Part shown: in pieces, positions 50,554 through 61,702 of the stretch
How positions within the stretch are numbered: the first letter of the stretch is position 1
Layout: each line of letters opens with the position of its first letter
Origin: a virus
Reading direction: 5' to 3' (one strand)
IMG/VR virus record: IMGVR_UViG_3300028827_000129
Coordinates: 1 to 64,000 of that record
Length of the DNA: 64,000 nucleotides
The notes under the pieces: model-generated
What the model saw: the letters and a program-made list of their open reading frames with translations, nothing else
Databases searched by the model: none
What the model was told of the DNA's origin: nothing
Translations under genes and position numbers: made by a program

Positions 50554-51990
50554 AATATCCTCCTTTTATTTCTTTATTTTTTTCTCTTTAATAAATTAAA
50601 ACGATTTATAAACATTTAAAATTTCTTGTTTTGCTTTCACTTCTGTTTGTAAATGATTTATTGCGTTTTGGGCTTGTATAAACAGGATAAGAAAACAAAT
50701 GACCAAAACTGTGATTACTAAAGAAACAATTTTCTTATTCCACATCCTAATCTTTACCTCCAATAACAATATATGCATCCATGTACACATCTTTTTCTAG
50801 CTGCATCACCTTTTTCGGTGATTCCGATTTTCATTATTTATCTCTTATTTATATTCATGCTCTTTTTTTATTTCATTGCATATTGTTGCTTTTGCTTGCG
50901 CAAAGCAATATGATGAAAAATAACTGGTTTCTAAGCAAATATCCACTTCTTCTCTTACCAGTTTTAACTGTTCTTCTGTACAACTATACTGGCTTGGGTT
51001 TACGCTGTAATCAAATTTTTCATTCTCACAACAGCCTGACAATCCAATCAGAATAACGAGAATAATTATAGAATAACGCATTTTTACACCTCATTTATTT
51101 AAAGAATTTCTTTGGCAAATTTTTCCCATAGTTTATGTACAGTTCTTCTTGCTGGTGAATACTCAGTTTCGCCTATTTGTACAGTAAAACTTGCATATGG
51201 GTGATTTGCTATCCACAAATTGATATTATCAAGTTTTACAGTATATTTATTTTCTTTAACGAAAGGATAAAACTGCATCTTTCGTAACAACATTTTATCT
51301 ATTTGTGAATTATAAGGATAAAGTCGAATCCAATATTTTGGATTAAATAATACCCATATATAGTCAATAATGCGTTTTTGCAAACGCATACATCCAGCCA
51401 ATATAGCAAGACGAACTTTTAAAAACAAAAATGCTATAATGGCTTTGACTCTCATTATAATTTCCTTAGCCCTATTCTAATTCCCATTTTTTAGGTAGGT
51501 TCTGTTTTTGCATCAATTCTTTCATTTCTTTTTGTAATCTTTCTACTGTATAATTCTCCCAAGGGAAATTACATAGCGGAGGTATTACTTCATAAGATAA
51601 AGGATTTACTTTTCTTCTAACAACCCTCGATCGTTTGAAATATGCACAACTTACTGTGCATACACCATTATTAGCAGGGATAAAACAAAATTTTCTTATG
51701 AACCTCTTTTCCAATTTCAACATTTTTGTCACTGCTGAAAACTTATCCATTTTCAACCAAAAATTTACTTAAATAATATTCGCCTTACGCCAGAAAGTAT
51801 TAGCGTCTTCAGGTCCATACGCAAAAAGAACACTAAGATATGTTATAATAATACCAAAATAGATTGTTGGTGTAAAAATAGCACGCCATATGATTTGATA
51901 CCATGGAGCAAGTATATTGTTTGAAGTGCTAGGCCAGGATAACCATCTGAAAACACGATTAACCCAAGTGCCCATACTATTCCTCTTTTT

Positions 51991-52389
51991 CTAAGACGCC
52001 TCAACATCAACATATTCAGTCTTCGGCATATATGGGAAAGTAATAAACACCCGAGAGTTACTGTTTGTATAACATACGCCATTCGGTTTTCTGAATACTC
52101 GACCATTGACGTCATAAGCGCGACCATTGACTTCTTTGAACACTCGTGAACAGCGTTTGTTTTGCCATACGCCTTCAGAGACTTGCTCCCATTCATTATC
52201 TTCTCCGGTCAATGGCCGTACAGGTAGCCGGCGGAACAGGCGATTGAGAATATTAGCCGCATACGAAGCAGAGACCCCGCTGTGCCTTTCATTACTAAAC
52301 TCTTGGCACATGTGGACAAGGTGCTTATACATTGCTTCGTTTATATCATCTCCATCCTTTAAGAACTCTAGTTTTTTTTGCCCATTCAA
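51991..52389 (-). CDS. hypothetical protein
   Basis: 132 aa; GGAGG upstream. Confidence 0.6.
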   Translation of the reverse strand: MNGQKKLEFLKDGDDINEAMYKHLVHMCQEFSNERHSGVSASYAANILNRLFRRLPVRPLTGEDNEWEQVSEGVWQNKRCSRVFKEVNGRAYDVNGRVFRKPNGVCYTNSNSRVFITFPYMPKTEYVDVEAS

Positions 52390-53149
52390 TAAACGTATTC
52401 ATATCCTTACCTCCAACTATTAAGTTTTTCTTATGAGTTACTCGGTATTCTTCGCCGTTTCCCGCTCATCGGTGAACTCTTCAAAGAATAAAGTCCGCCG
52501 ACACAAGCTAAGCTGCATCACAGACGGCGTACTTATCTGGACATTAGGAGTCAATTCCCCGAACATTGGGCACCAGTCGCCGCAAGAACAAGGCGGCTCT
52601 GACAGATGAAAGACGACATAAGGACAGAATTGCACCTGCCATCTCCCTGCACGCAGAATGTGTAAACTTCCTTGTTTATCAATCCTTCCTTTCACGTCTT
52701 TTATCTCCTTAGATCATAGTTCCACAAATTTCGCAGATTTCTTCTCGTTCTGTAGTTCATATGGGCGTAAATTGTGAGATTTCATAGATCTTTCCAGAAA
52801 AAATAAAATGTTAGCATAAACCAGGCATTGCCGATGATAAAAGCGGCATCAATTGATATGTCCTTACCAGTTTCAATTGATCCTATGCAAGTGCCAACAT
52901 TCCAGATGATGCCCATGAAGAGGGATCCTAACTTAGGCCAGTTCATTCAGGTACCTCCTTACTGCCCCGTACCAGTGGGTTTGTCTACCTTCGGTTCACG
53001 ATAGCCACAGAAAGGACACTGCCATCGATAAATTTGTTTGTTATAAGTTTTACCGCAGACTTGACAGCGAACAGCTGCATCATTTGGCATAATTAAGCCT
53101 CCTATTTGTTATAGTAGCGGCAATATGCCATAGAGATATTAGCAAATTA

Positions 53150-53237
53150 TGGTGCCCGGGGCGGGAGTCGAACCCGCACGGCTACTAGAGCCAGGGGATT
53201 TTAAGTCCCCTACGTCTACCAGTTCCATCACCCGGGC
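53150..53237 (-). tRNA. tRNA-Leu(TAA)
   Basis: Class II cloverleaf, loop CTTAAAA, CCA. Confidence 0.95.
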
Positions 53238-53268
53238 ATTATTATTTAAAGTCCTACCAGAAGCTCTC

Positions 53269-53345
53269 TGGCGCGCCTGCAGGGATTCGAACCCCGGACC
53301 CGCTGCTTAGAAGGCAGCTGCTCTATCCAGCTGAGCTACAGGCGC
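53269..53345 (-). tRNA. tRNA-Arg(TCT)
   Basis: Cloverleaf, loop CTTCTAA, CCA. Confidence 0.95.
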
Positions 53346-53371
53346 GTAAAGTGCTTTATGTCGCTATATCG

Positions 53372-54388
53372 TTAAAAGAGTTTTTTCTTAATTTTATCTG
53401 TCACATCATTATAGTTGGATAGAAAATCTCCAGTAGAATAGATTGTTTTTTTGATGATGTCAATTTCTTCCGGTGCGAATGTTAAGACTTTATCTTTTAT
53501 TAAAAGACTTATGCTTTTAATAAATTCTTGATCTTCTTCTGGAATAGCAACTATTTCATATTTATTGAGGATAATACTTTTTTGATTCTTAGAATTAATA
53601 ACTAACACCTCATGATTACTTAAATTATGAACTTCTGATCCTGGTCCTGCTATAACGATAGTATTCCTTCCGACTTTAATCTTTGATTTTTTACCGCATA
53701 TAATTACAGAACCTTGAATATCTCCTATTATTTTTGATTTATCTCCACAGTTAATAAACATTTTATATATATTTATTCCAGGATTGGTAGCAATTTCCAA
53801 TGAAGAATCACAGATGATAGAAATATCTTTAAGAAAATATTTGAATTGACCATATGATTTTGCATCTACAAAGACTTTACCAGAGCCTTTAATAACGATA
53901 TTTGTACTGCCATTAATCTTAATGTTAGCATTATCAGCAACATTAGCTGTTGAATTTTCTCCAAGTTTAATATAACAATCTTTTTTGCATTTTACATTAC
54001 TATTTTCTGCTACATCAATACGACATCTATTGCCGGCAATTACTGTTGAGAATCTGCTCGCATGAATAAAACAATCATTTTCTACTGAAAAAATGCAATT
54101 TGAAGGAAATGAGTAAAAAGCACAGTTATGCCTTGCTTTTATATTTAGATTTGAATCTTGTAAATTATCTTTATATTTCCATTCAATAAAAATTGGGGTA
54201 TTAATAATGTAGTCTATTATTAATGTCATTGGAGAGTCATGAAATTTTACATGTTTTTTTAGCATATAGCCGGCATCAAGCAGATTTTTGAATAATTCTT
54301 GATCTGTAAATTCTTGATTAAAATTGATATTTTCTTTATTATATGTGTAAACTTTAAAAAAGTTTCTGGGCTTACCCAGATTAAACAT
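53372..54388 (-). CDS. beta-helix-like repeat protein
   Basis: 8-residue periodic units (STVIAGNR CRIDVAEN SNVKCKKD CYIKLGEN STANVADN). Confidence 0.55.
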   Translation of the reverse strand: MFNLGKPRNFFKVYTYNKENINFNQEFTDQELFKNLLDAGYMLKKHVKFHDSPMTLIIDYIINTPIFIEWKYKDNLQDSNLNIKARHNCAFYSFPSNCIFSVENDCFIHASRFSTVIAGNRCRIDVAENSNVKCKKDCYIKLGENSTANVADNANIKINGSTNIVIKGSGKVFVDAKSYGQFKYFLKDISIICDSSLEIATNPGINIYKMFINCGDKSKIIGDIQGSVIICGKKSKIKVGRNTIVIAGPGSEVHNLSNHEVLVINSKNQKSIILNKYEIVAIPEEDQEFIKSISLLIKDKVLTFAPEEIDIIKKTIYSTGDFLSNYNDVTDKIKKKLF

Positions 54389-54402
54389 AGTACCTCCAAT
54401 TT

Positions 54403-54489
54403 TGGTGCCGGAGGAGGGAGTTGAACCCTCACGGAGTTACCTCCACCGGATTTTGAGTCCGGCGCGTCTGCCTATTCCACCACTCCGGC
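54403..54489 (-). tRNA. tRNA-Leu(CAA)
   Basis: Class II cloverleaf, loop CTCAAAA, CCA. Confidence 0.95.
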
Positions 54490-54520
54490 TAAATTTGCAA
54501 GTAGAAGATTTGTCTATTTT

Positions 54521-54961
54521 TTATTTCAAAGTAACACATGTGATAAATGGAAAATTCAGAGAGTCTATTATTTGCTCTATAATTTTCCAGTTACCACCTG
54601 CGAGACCAGCTCCTATCCTAGGAATCCCAATTTTTAAATTGCCAAAGCATTCCTTAACTAAAAACATTGAAAATTTAATTGCTTGATAATCTACTTGTTT
54701 GGTTCTACGACCATAAAAATATTGAGTGTACGCATTAATTATGAACTTATCGTTTGCTAATTTTGCAACACTTATTGTTCCAAGTTTTGTACGGTCGCCA
54801 TATGAAGTTTTCAAATCAACTTCATAAGCTTGAGGATACCGCTTTTTAATTTGTAAAGCGATACCAGCGCCCATTTTATGAAAACAATTGCATCCATGAA
54901 CAATAACATTAAAATAACCACTGTCAAAAAGATCAAGCAAATTGCCTTTAAGATAATTCAT
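54521..54961 (-). CDS. macrodomain protein (ADP-ribose-binding/hydrolase, T4 Tk.4-like)
   Basis: GNLLD, VHGCNCFHKMGAGIA, NAYTQ, PRIGAGLAGGNW. Start moved to 54961 because the longer ORF runs through tRNA-Gln. Confidence 0.88.
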   Translation of the reverse strand: MNYLKGNLLDLFDSGYFNVIVHGCNCFHKMGAGIALQIKKRYPQAYEVDLKTSYGDRTKLGTISVAKLANDKFIINAYTQYFYGRRTKQVDYQAIKFSMFLVKECFGNLKIGIPRIGAGLAGGNWKIIEQIIDSLNFPFITCVTLK

Positions 54962-54997
54962 AATATGACTCTCATGGTTACATAGTGAAAACACGAG

Positions 54998-55071
54998 TGG
55001 CTGGCCCGCAGGGATTCGAACCCCGATCCCGAGAGTCAAAGTCTCGTGTCCTGCCATTGAACGACGGGCCA
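54998..55071 (-). tRNA. tRNA-Gln(TTG)
   Basis: Cloverleaf, loop CTTTGAC, CCA. Confidence 0.95.
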
Positions 55072-55180
55072 AAAAATGAAAAGCAAAAGAAGAATAAATT
55101 CATACCAGACAGAGGCCAGATGTCTGGTATATTTTCTAATTACGACTCTGGCTGAAGGCCGACTTTCTTTAAAACACATA

Positions 55181-55585
55181 AAAAAAGATTATGGTTTAAA
55201 AGGAAGTCCCAAGGTAGGCTGAACTAAAAACCTATTTATCCCTCCTTGGCAAGGATAAAAGGTTAAGTGTCCTGCAACATATCCAGGATATGGGGTCTGC
55301 ACCTTTCGGTAACCCTTTCGCCAAGGTTTTTTTAGAGCTGATTCCACAACTACCTTTCGGTGGCTGTTTCATAATCAACCCTTAACCATGCTCTAATTTG
55401 CATTAGAGGTTAGGTCCTTGACTCCACCCACAGCCTACCTCAACATAGGTGAGTTTCGCAATCTGTGGGAATCAGCAAGCAGTAATAGAAAAATAAATAC
55501 TTGGGTACAGCTTACGGGGAAGCTCGGATGGATAACATAAAGAAGTCATTTACCTCCATCTATTTATTTTCATATAATCTTTTTT
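55181..55585 (-). ncRNA. large structured ncRNA of unknown class
   Basis: 12-bp end pairing, nested long-range helices, GAAA tetraloops, raised GC, no ORF of 60 aa or more. Confidence 0.65.
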
Positions 55586-56059
55586 ATTTCAAAAATGATT
55601 TATTGAGAGATTATATTATTTATTTTGCAGTAAATTTCTGATTATTTTTTTCTAGCTACGTCGGTTACCGCAAACAGTACACACCCATACTTCTGTTCCT
55701 GACTTCGACTTACCCTTATTATGGAGTCTCTTATATTTACCATAAACTTTGTCCTGATAAGAATGTTCGCAAGAACAGATAATAATTTTAGTAAGATTCT
55801 TAGACATAATTTCCTCCAAAGCTTTAAGTTAGTTTTTTAAATAATGTTCTTTATTTTATATTGTTATCTTCAATCTTAGCCCAATGTATTGTTATAAAAT
55901 CCATTAAAACATCATAGTCTGACATAAATTCATAATCAGCATGACGTTTTCTCATCATATTAACAATTTCATCAGCCAGCAATTTACGTGTAACACATTT
56001 ACCATTAGGTAATGGTTCTATAAATGTAACCACAGCATGTGGATTATAGTTATATTTAT

Positions 56060-56905
56060 TCATATACATTTACTCACTTTACGACAAATTTCAACCCAGC
56101 GGTAGTAGTTCTCCTTCGTCATTGGGAGGATAGGAAAGAACTCTTTGAACACAACTGTGCGCTCGCCAATATTATTGACGCGCTTTAGGGTTGAAGTGTT
56201 CCAGAAGTTCAGTGCTTCTTCCACAGATCTGTCCTCGATAAAGTGGGTTATTGGCAGCTGGCGTTTTGCAATAATATACTGCTGTGAGGTAAGGCAAAGG
56301 AATGCTAGTGGTGGGGAATTGTGAGGTGAAACAATAACCTGCGGAGAGTAACCGAAGTAATAGGTACCATTCACAGCCCTATTTGGGGCATAGATGTTGT
56401 AGTGCGGCTGGAGTTTTGCGCCACAAGCAGTTGTTGGCTTGAAAAATTCTTCCAGGCTGCTATAGAGGACAAACTTAACCGTCAGGCGGTGTTGGTAACG
56501 CCTTGCCAACTCAGTCAGGGCCATGTCACGAATGGCCAGAGCAGCCTCCTTTGACCGAGTGGCACACCACTTTAAGTATGGACTTTCATTGCGGCAGCAT
56601 TTCATTAGACTTGGTGACCTCTTTGGCGATTTCCAAATGGGAATGAGACAATACATACATTTTGTGTTTGAACAAGACTGCTCCCCGTGGAGCGCTACCT
56701 GTTTGAGACCATACTCGCATATTGCACAGTTCGCAGCAACATTGTGCCAATAGTTGAAACCAGGCCAGCGTAGCTTAGCTTTCCAAAGAGAACTGTCATG
56801 GCTCGGGTTATCTGCGAGCCAGTCCCACTGTGCGGCTGTAACAGCGAGGGCCACCTCCGGTTGACCTAAATGCATCTTAGGTTTACAACATTTAGGTCTT
56901 TGCAT
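56060..56905 (-). CDS. Cys/Trp-rich protein, paralogue A
   Basis: WDWLA...RWPGFNYW...CAICEY...CMYC...ALAIRDMALTEL. Confidence 0.7.
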   Translation of the reverse strand: MQRPKCCKPKMHLGQPEVALAVTAAQWDWLADNPSHDSSLWKAKLRWPGFNYWHNVAANCAICEYGLKQVALHGEQSCSNTKCMYCLIPIWKSPKRSPSLMKCCRNESPYLKWCATRSKEAALAIRDMALTELARRYQHRLTVKFVLYSSLEEFFKPTTACGAKLQPHYNIYAPNRAVNGTYYFGYSPQVIVSPHNSPPLAFLCLTSQQYIIAKRQLPITHFIEDRSVEEALNFWNTSTLKRVNNIGERTVVFKEFFPILPMTKENYYRWVEICRKVSKCI

Positions 56906-57803
56906 ATAGCGTCTCCTTGACTTTATTAATAAGCTTAATCAGCGCTGTGCAGTTGTTGTTTGTCAACGGCATGATTGGCAGAAATTCCTTGAAGATGAGC
57001 TCTTGCTCGTTAGCTTTGCGCTTGCGCCACTCGGCAGACTCCCAGAAGCTGAGCGCAGACGCGACATGCGAGTTAATTAAGAAGTGCGTGCAAGACAGCA
57101 CGCTACGTGCGATAGTATACTGCTGCGAGGTAAGGCACAGCCACGTAGAGGGATCGTGTAGCCGCCAACCGTAGATTGCTTGAACGCCATACCCGAAGTA
57201 GTAGGTACCATCGACTGCTCGATTGGGTGCATAGATCTCATAACTAGACTGGAGCATACGCCCCGCGTTTGTTATAGGCCTGTAAAGGCCTTCCTTAGCG
57301 GTGTAGCAAAACGACTTCAAAGCGAGGCGCTTCCAATGGTGCCGTACTAGCTCAGTGAGAGCCATGTCACGGATAGCTAGCGCAGCCTCTTTAGAGCGTG
57401 TAGTACACCACCGCTTATAGATGCTCTGCCCAACGAGGCACTTGTGGGTAGGCCATGCGCGCCAAGCTGGAATTAAACAATAGTAGCATTTTTGTCGACC
57501 TCCTTGGAGCTTGCCGTATTCGCAAAGTATGCAGGCTGAACGTATACCATAGCCCCAATAATTGAAGCCGGGCCAGCGTAACTTGACTTCTCTAGGTTCG
57601 GCGTTGTTTGAGTTGCTTGCGAGCCAGTTCCAGTGAGCAGCCATAGCAGCAAGAGCTACTTCTGGTTGGCTTAAATTCATTTTTGGTTTGCGACATTTAG
57701 GTTTTTTCATGCGGTACCTCCGTGTAGTAGCTAAGTTAGTGGAACCGCTAGGGCTTAATTTCCTTATATCCAATAAGTCACTTAACAATTCGCTGCATAT
57801 CAA
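56892..57803 (-). CDS. Cys/Trp-rich protein, paralogue B
   Basis: Same motifs as A; true start probably MKKPK after GGAGG. Confidence 0.7.
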   Translation of the reverse strand: MICSELLSDLLDIRKLSPSGSTNLATTRRYRMKKPKCRKPKMNLSQPEVALAAMAAHWNWLASNSNNAEPREVKLRWPGFNYWGYGIRSACILCEYGKLQGGRQKCYYCLIPAWRAWPTHKCLVGQSIYKRWCTTRSKEAALAIRDMALTELVRHHWKRLALKSFCYTAKEGLYRPITNAGRMLQSSYEIYAPNRAVDGTYYFGYGVQAIYGWRLHDPSTWLCLTSQQYTIARSVLSCTHFLINSHVASALSFWESAEWRKRKANEQELIFKEFLPIMPLTNNNCTALIKLINKVKETLYAKT

Positions 57804-58081
57804 CTTTCATTTCACTACAGTTTTTAATAGCGTTCTTTTCCTTTATCTTCTTTATTAATCTTGGCTATCTTTCCACCGCCGTCTTGCGCCCAGTAAGCCG
57901 CACACAAGCGATCAACTTGCCAAGTAACAGATGGGTCTACCTTAAGAACAATAACTGCTGTACGTGGTTCTCTGGCTTTCTCATGGGAAATCCCAAGAGA
58001 TACGCCAAAGAGAGCAATCAAACCGCCGACAATACCAGTAAAAATGATTATAAATAATTGTTGCATAGTTTTAATTGGTAG

Positions 58082-58792
58082 TTATTCAAATGCACACGTA
58101 GATGAAGAAATCCTAATCCAATCTATTGCTTGTTTGTTGGGCATCTTGTCAGCGAGTTTGAATCCGGTTTCGGCCATGCGCTCAATACTGATCTGTCCAC
58201 GGCAGATGCCTTGCACAAGTAAGCCGAAGTCGCGGTCATAGTTAGGTAACATATAGTCGGATGGCTTGTAGGTAGCTCGGCTCCTGTCGATGCAGATAGC
58301 GTTTTGTCCGCTCCGGTATTTGATTGTAAGACCAATGCTGTAGTCGATAGCGGCTACATAAGCCTTCTTGGTATCAGTAAACGGAATTTCCAATTTGACG
58401 TTACGGCCATGTAAACTGCTGTACATTTCGTGTAGAACTTGATAAGCCAATCTAGAGATACTGGCTGCTGCCTCCGTGTCGTAAGAATCAAGCCATCTTC
58501 CGTAAGGTGAGTCTGGGTCTGTACATAAGGAGGTTTTACTATTAGCCCAGCGACCTAAAAGTGGGCACTTTAGGCACGTGTCGCCGTGGTGAACATCGTA
58601 CCAGCAACAGGCGCAATCCAATGGTATCTTGAGGTACTGCAGCATCGGCCACTTAGATTTGTCGGCAGCATGGTTCGTAGCGACCCACTCCCAGTGCTCA
58701 GCACAAACAAGTAAGGCAAGGCGCTTTGTAGGCTGCTTCGGCCAGGGTGCTCCAAGGAACTTCTTTGCGTCAAGCATCTTGGTCCTCCACAT
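58082..58792 (-). CDS. Cys/Trp-rich protein, paralogue C (shares the N-terminal domain only)
   Basis: HWEWVA...KWP...CACCWY...CLKCPL...SPYGRW. Confidence 0.65.
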   Translation of the reverse strand: MWRTKMLDAKKFLGAPWPKQPTKRLALLVCAEHWEWVATNHAADKSKWPMLQYLKIPLDCACCWYDVHHGDTCLKCPLLGRWANSKTSLCTDPDSPYGRWLDSYDTEAAASISRLAYQVLHEMYSSLHGRNVKLEIPFTDTKKAYVAAIDYSIGLTIKYRSGQNAICIDRSRATYKPSDYMLPNYDRDFGLLVQGICRGQISIERMAETGFKLADKMPNKQAIDWIRISSSTCAFE

Positions 58793-59266
58793 AGCGATTA
58801 TAAAACAAAGTTAACGCTTTTTGGTAATCAGTTTCATAATAAATTTCAGGATCTTTTTTTATGCGGTAACAATTCATTCATGAGGAATTGTCCCATACGA
58901 ACTTTATTTCTTATTTTGTTATCATAAAACCATTTCCGCATAACCGCATAATAGATATTAGCGTTTACCTTGTAAGACATATTTTTCTCCTTGTTAAGTT
59001 CACCATATATCTTCACAAGGTATGTTATCGTCAAAATCATCTACGTAACGAATAAAAAACAACATTGCTGCAATATCATCATCAGTTTCGTCATATATTT
59101 CTGAGTCTGTTTTACTTTGTAACAGTTGATCTATAAGATATTGTCCTAAACGAAACTGTTTACGAAGATTCGAACTATCGTACCAAATACGTGCTGTTTC
59201 GTAAAAGTTATGATGTTTTACTTTTTCAGCCATTACAAACTCCTTTCGTAAAGTAGGTTAACCTTA

Positions 59267-59959
59267 TTATGGGCACCACATCCACCAACGACTACGATGC
59301 CCAGGATAATCGAGGCAAAACCATTTTGTATTTTCGAACTTACCGTATTCATAATTGTGCCAGTGACCAAAAAACCAAAGAGACGGTTTATATTTTTCTA
59401 ACACATAGCTTAAAGCTATTCTATTACCATCGTTTAGTTTTTCGGTAGAACCTGTGCCATATACCTCGAATTGCGTTGGGCAAGTATGAGACACAACAAC
59501 ATCGACTCGTTTATGAGAAAGCATTAATTCAAATTCTTTATTGGTTATGTTTTCTTCAAAAAACCAATCATGACCTGGCGTTCGTAGATCTTTGTCTACC
59601 GAACTTGCACCACCAGCAAATAAAACTATTCTGCCGTCTGGTAGTCTTAACGTAGAGCCACGAGAACCATGAAAGACCTGATTATACATTTCATGTATAT
59701 TGCCGTCTTGTATTAAGTGTGGCAATTCTTCATGATTCCCGTCGCACCAGTAAATTTTGCTATTGCCTGGTTTGATACCCTTCAAACGCCATTTACTTGT
59801 ATGCCCATACAAAACAGGAGCTTTTATCTCCATTTTGGGCCACCAGCCAAAATCTCCACACTGCAAAACAATATCAGGTTGTTTTTTGGAGATAAGCTGA
59901 TTTAATTTTCCCCATTCGCCGTGCAAGTCACCAACAACAAGAATGCTGGCTTTAGACAT
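59267..59959 (-). CDS. metallophosphoesterase
   Basis: GDLHG, GDFG, GNHE, SHTCP, GHWH. Confidence 0.9.
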   Translation of the reverse strand: MSKASILVVGDLHGEWGKLNQLISKKQPDIVLQCGDFGWWPKMEIKAPVLYGHTSKWRLKGIKPGNSKIYWCDGNHEELPHLIQDGNIHEMYNQVFHGSRGSTLRLPDGRIVLFAGGASSVDKDLRTPGHDWFFEENITNKEFELMLSHKRVDVVVSHTCPTQFEVYGTGSTEKLNDGNRIALSYVLEKYKPSLWFFGHWHNYEYGKFENTKWFCLDYPGHRSRWWMWCP

Positions 59960-60595
59960 TGTTTAACTCCTTTTAGTTTATGGTAGGATTCTCGGGGTTA
60001 AAGCTTTCAAGAAGAGTATTGATATTATCAGAAATATTGAAAGCTTGTTTGATAGCTTCATAGATGGTTGCGTACACTAAGAATGTGTACGTATCGGCAT
60101 AGGCTTGATATGCTGATTCGTCTGGAAGGTTAGACTCTTGGTTATCTTTTATAGCCAAGAGAAGCGTACCCTTAGCCAACATAGTAGTTTCTTTACAGCC
60201 TTTATCAGCAAGGCGTTTTGTCTGCTCTACAGCTTCGTTATAAAATTCTTGTTCTGAGATATGATTAACACCTCGTTTGAGCAATTCGACACTAGCAGCT
60301 CGAAGACTTCGCTTTGCATATGCACGAGCTGTAGCTAGCATAGTCATATGAACCTTATGCTTGTCATTTCCAGACAATATCATAATTAACTCCTACTTAA
60401 TTAGTTTTTAAATATGCAGTAGAATCTGCTTTGGGAGTAGCTTTTTTACAGCAAATCGGGCAGGGTCTAACTCGCACTTTGAAGTCGGACAAACCGCCGT
60501 CTACAGCTAGCGTAGTGAAGAGTTCGCTCCCACATTTGTAACAAATAGCTTCAATTTCGATGCTAATCATGGATGCCTCCTAGTGAAAGCTGAGT

Positions 60596-60717
60596 TGGTG
60601 GAGCCGGCAGGACTTGAACCTGCATGAAGAGCCTCTGCCATAGAGGCATGGCTCTTCTGCCGAATTGAACGGCCAAGATCGCCAACCAATAGCGTTTGCC
60701 AGTTCCGCCACGGCTCC
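60596..60717 (-). ncRNA. 122-nt tRNA-like RNA with Leu-type body and CCA end
   Basis: GGAGCCG/CGGCTCC-ACCA; D arm GGCGGAACTGGCAAACGC; T arm GCAGG-TTCAAGT-CCTGC; anticodon and variable regions expanded. Confidence 0.75.
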
Positions 60718-61702
60718 ATATTAAACATATCAGATAAAACTCTTTTATATGATTTCAATGGGCGTTATAGCTTTAGCAAGACGAATATTGTCTGCTAATG
60801 GCACAGTCTTCACATAAACACCAGTTAACTGAGGGCCTATTGTTTGATATTCCATTGGCACATCTATCCAGTTACGTGCCCAGAAATCTTTAATAATACT
60901 TTGTGCTTCGGTATAGAATACTGGAATCCGCCGTGGAGTTTGTCTCCTAGGAAGAAGACCCTCTACTTTACAAGCTAATAACGCAGTGCCGTACAATGGT
61001 GAATATTTTAAGGGCGAGTCGTATAAGAAGATATATGAGTCACCAGGGGCTTCAGTACGTTCATTAAGTGCATAATAAAGTTGACAACCTTGAGATGTAA
61101 ATATCGAATGATAACCGATAGAATTCCGACAAACATATTTGTAGTAAAGTCTTTCACTCATTATTAGCCCCGTAACTTCAAACGTGTATCAATAGAAAAC
61201 TCTTGACCTTTTCCAATACCAATGCCAATGCCGCACAATGCATAACAATCCGGGCACATAATAGCCCATAAATCATGATATGTTTTGGCATTATAAAATT
61301 TTGTAAAATCTTCTAATGATCGTTCACATAGTTCACAATTTCCAAGAGGTCCAAGCCACTTACTAGAAGATTTATGTACTTTCATTATTGTTTTTCCTTT
61401 ATTTCTTCAACTGCAAACCACACAGCAAACCAGATATTTTCTATTATGAAACTTATATCTTTTCCTGATTCATTTCCTGTAAACATGCAATAAATATAGT
61501 AAATGGCCCAATAAAGGGCCATTATTCGTATCCAGAGCATATCTCTATTCAGATTCAGACGAAGAAGGGAAGCATTTCAAACATTCTTCTTTCCTTGCGC
61601 CAACGGAAAAAATCGCGCAAGTAAAAAACCCAATAATGTAACCAATGCAAACACCAAAAAAGAAAAATTTCATCATCTTAAATAACCTCTTTTCCTCCAA
61701 CA

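Noticed and set aside
54402-54686. Plus-strand ORF of 94 aa (also 44981-45301 +, 60567-60758 -, and the 5' part of 54521-55072)
   Set aside because: Shadow translations of tRNA or tRNA-like genes
55200-55520. RNase P RNA or tmRNA
   Set aside because: Plus-strand AGGAAGTCC only loosely resembles the P4 signature and tetraloop polarity favours the minus strand; no tRNA-like ends or tag ORF
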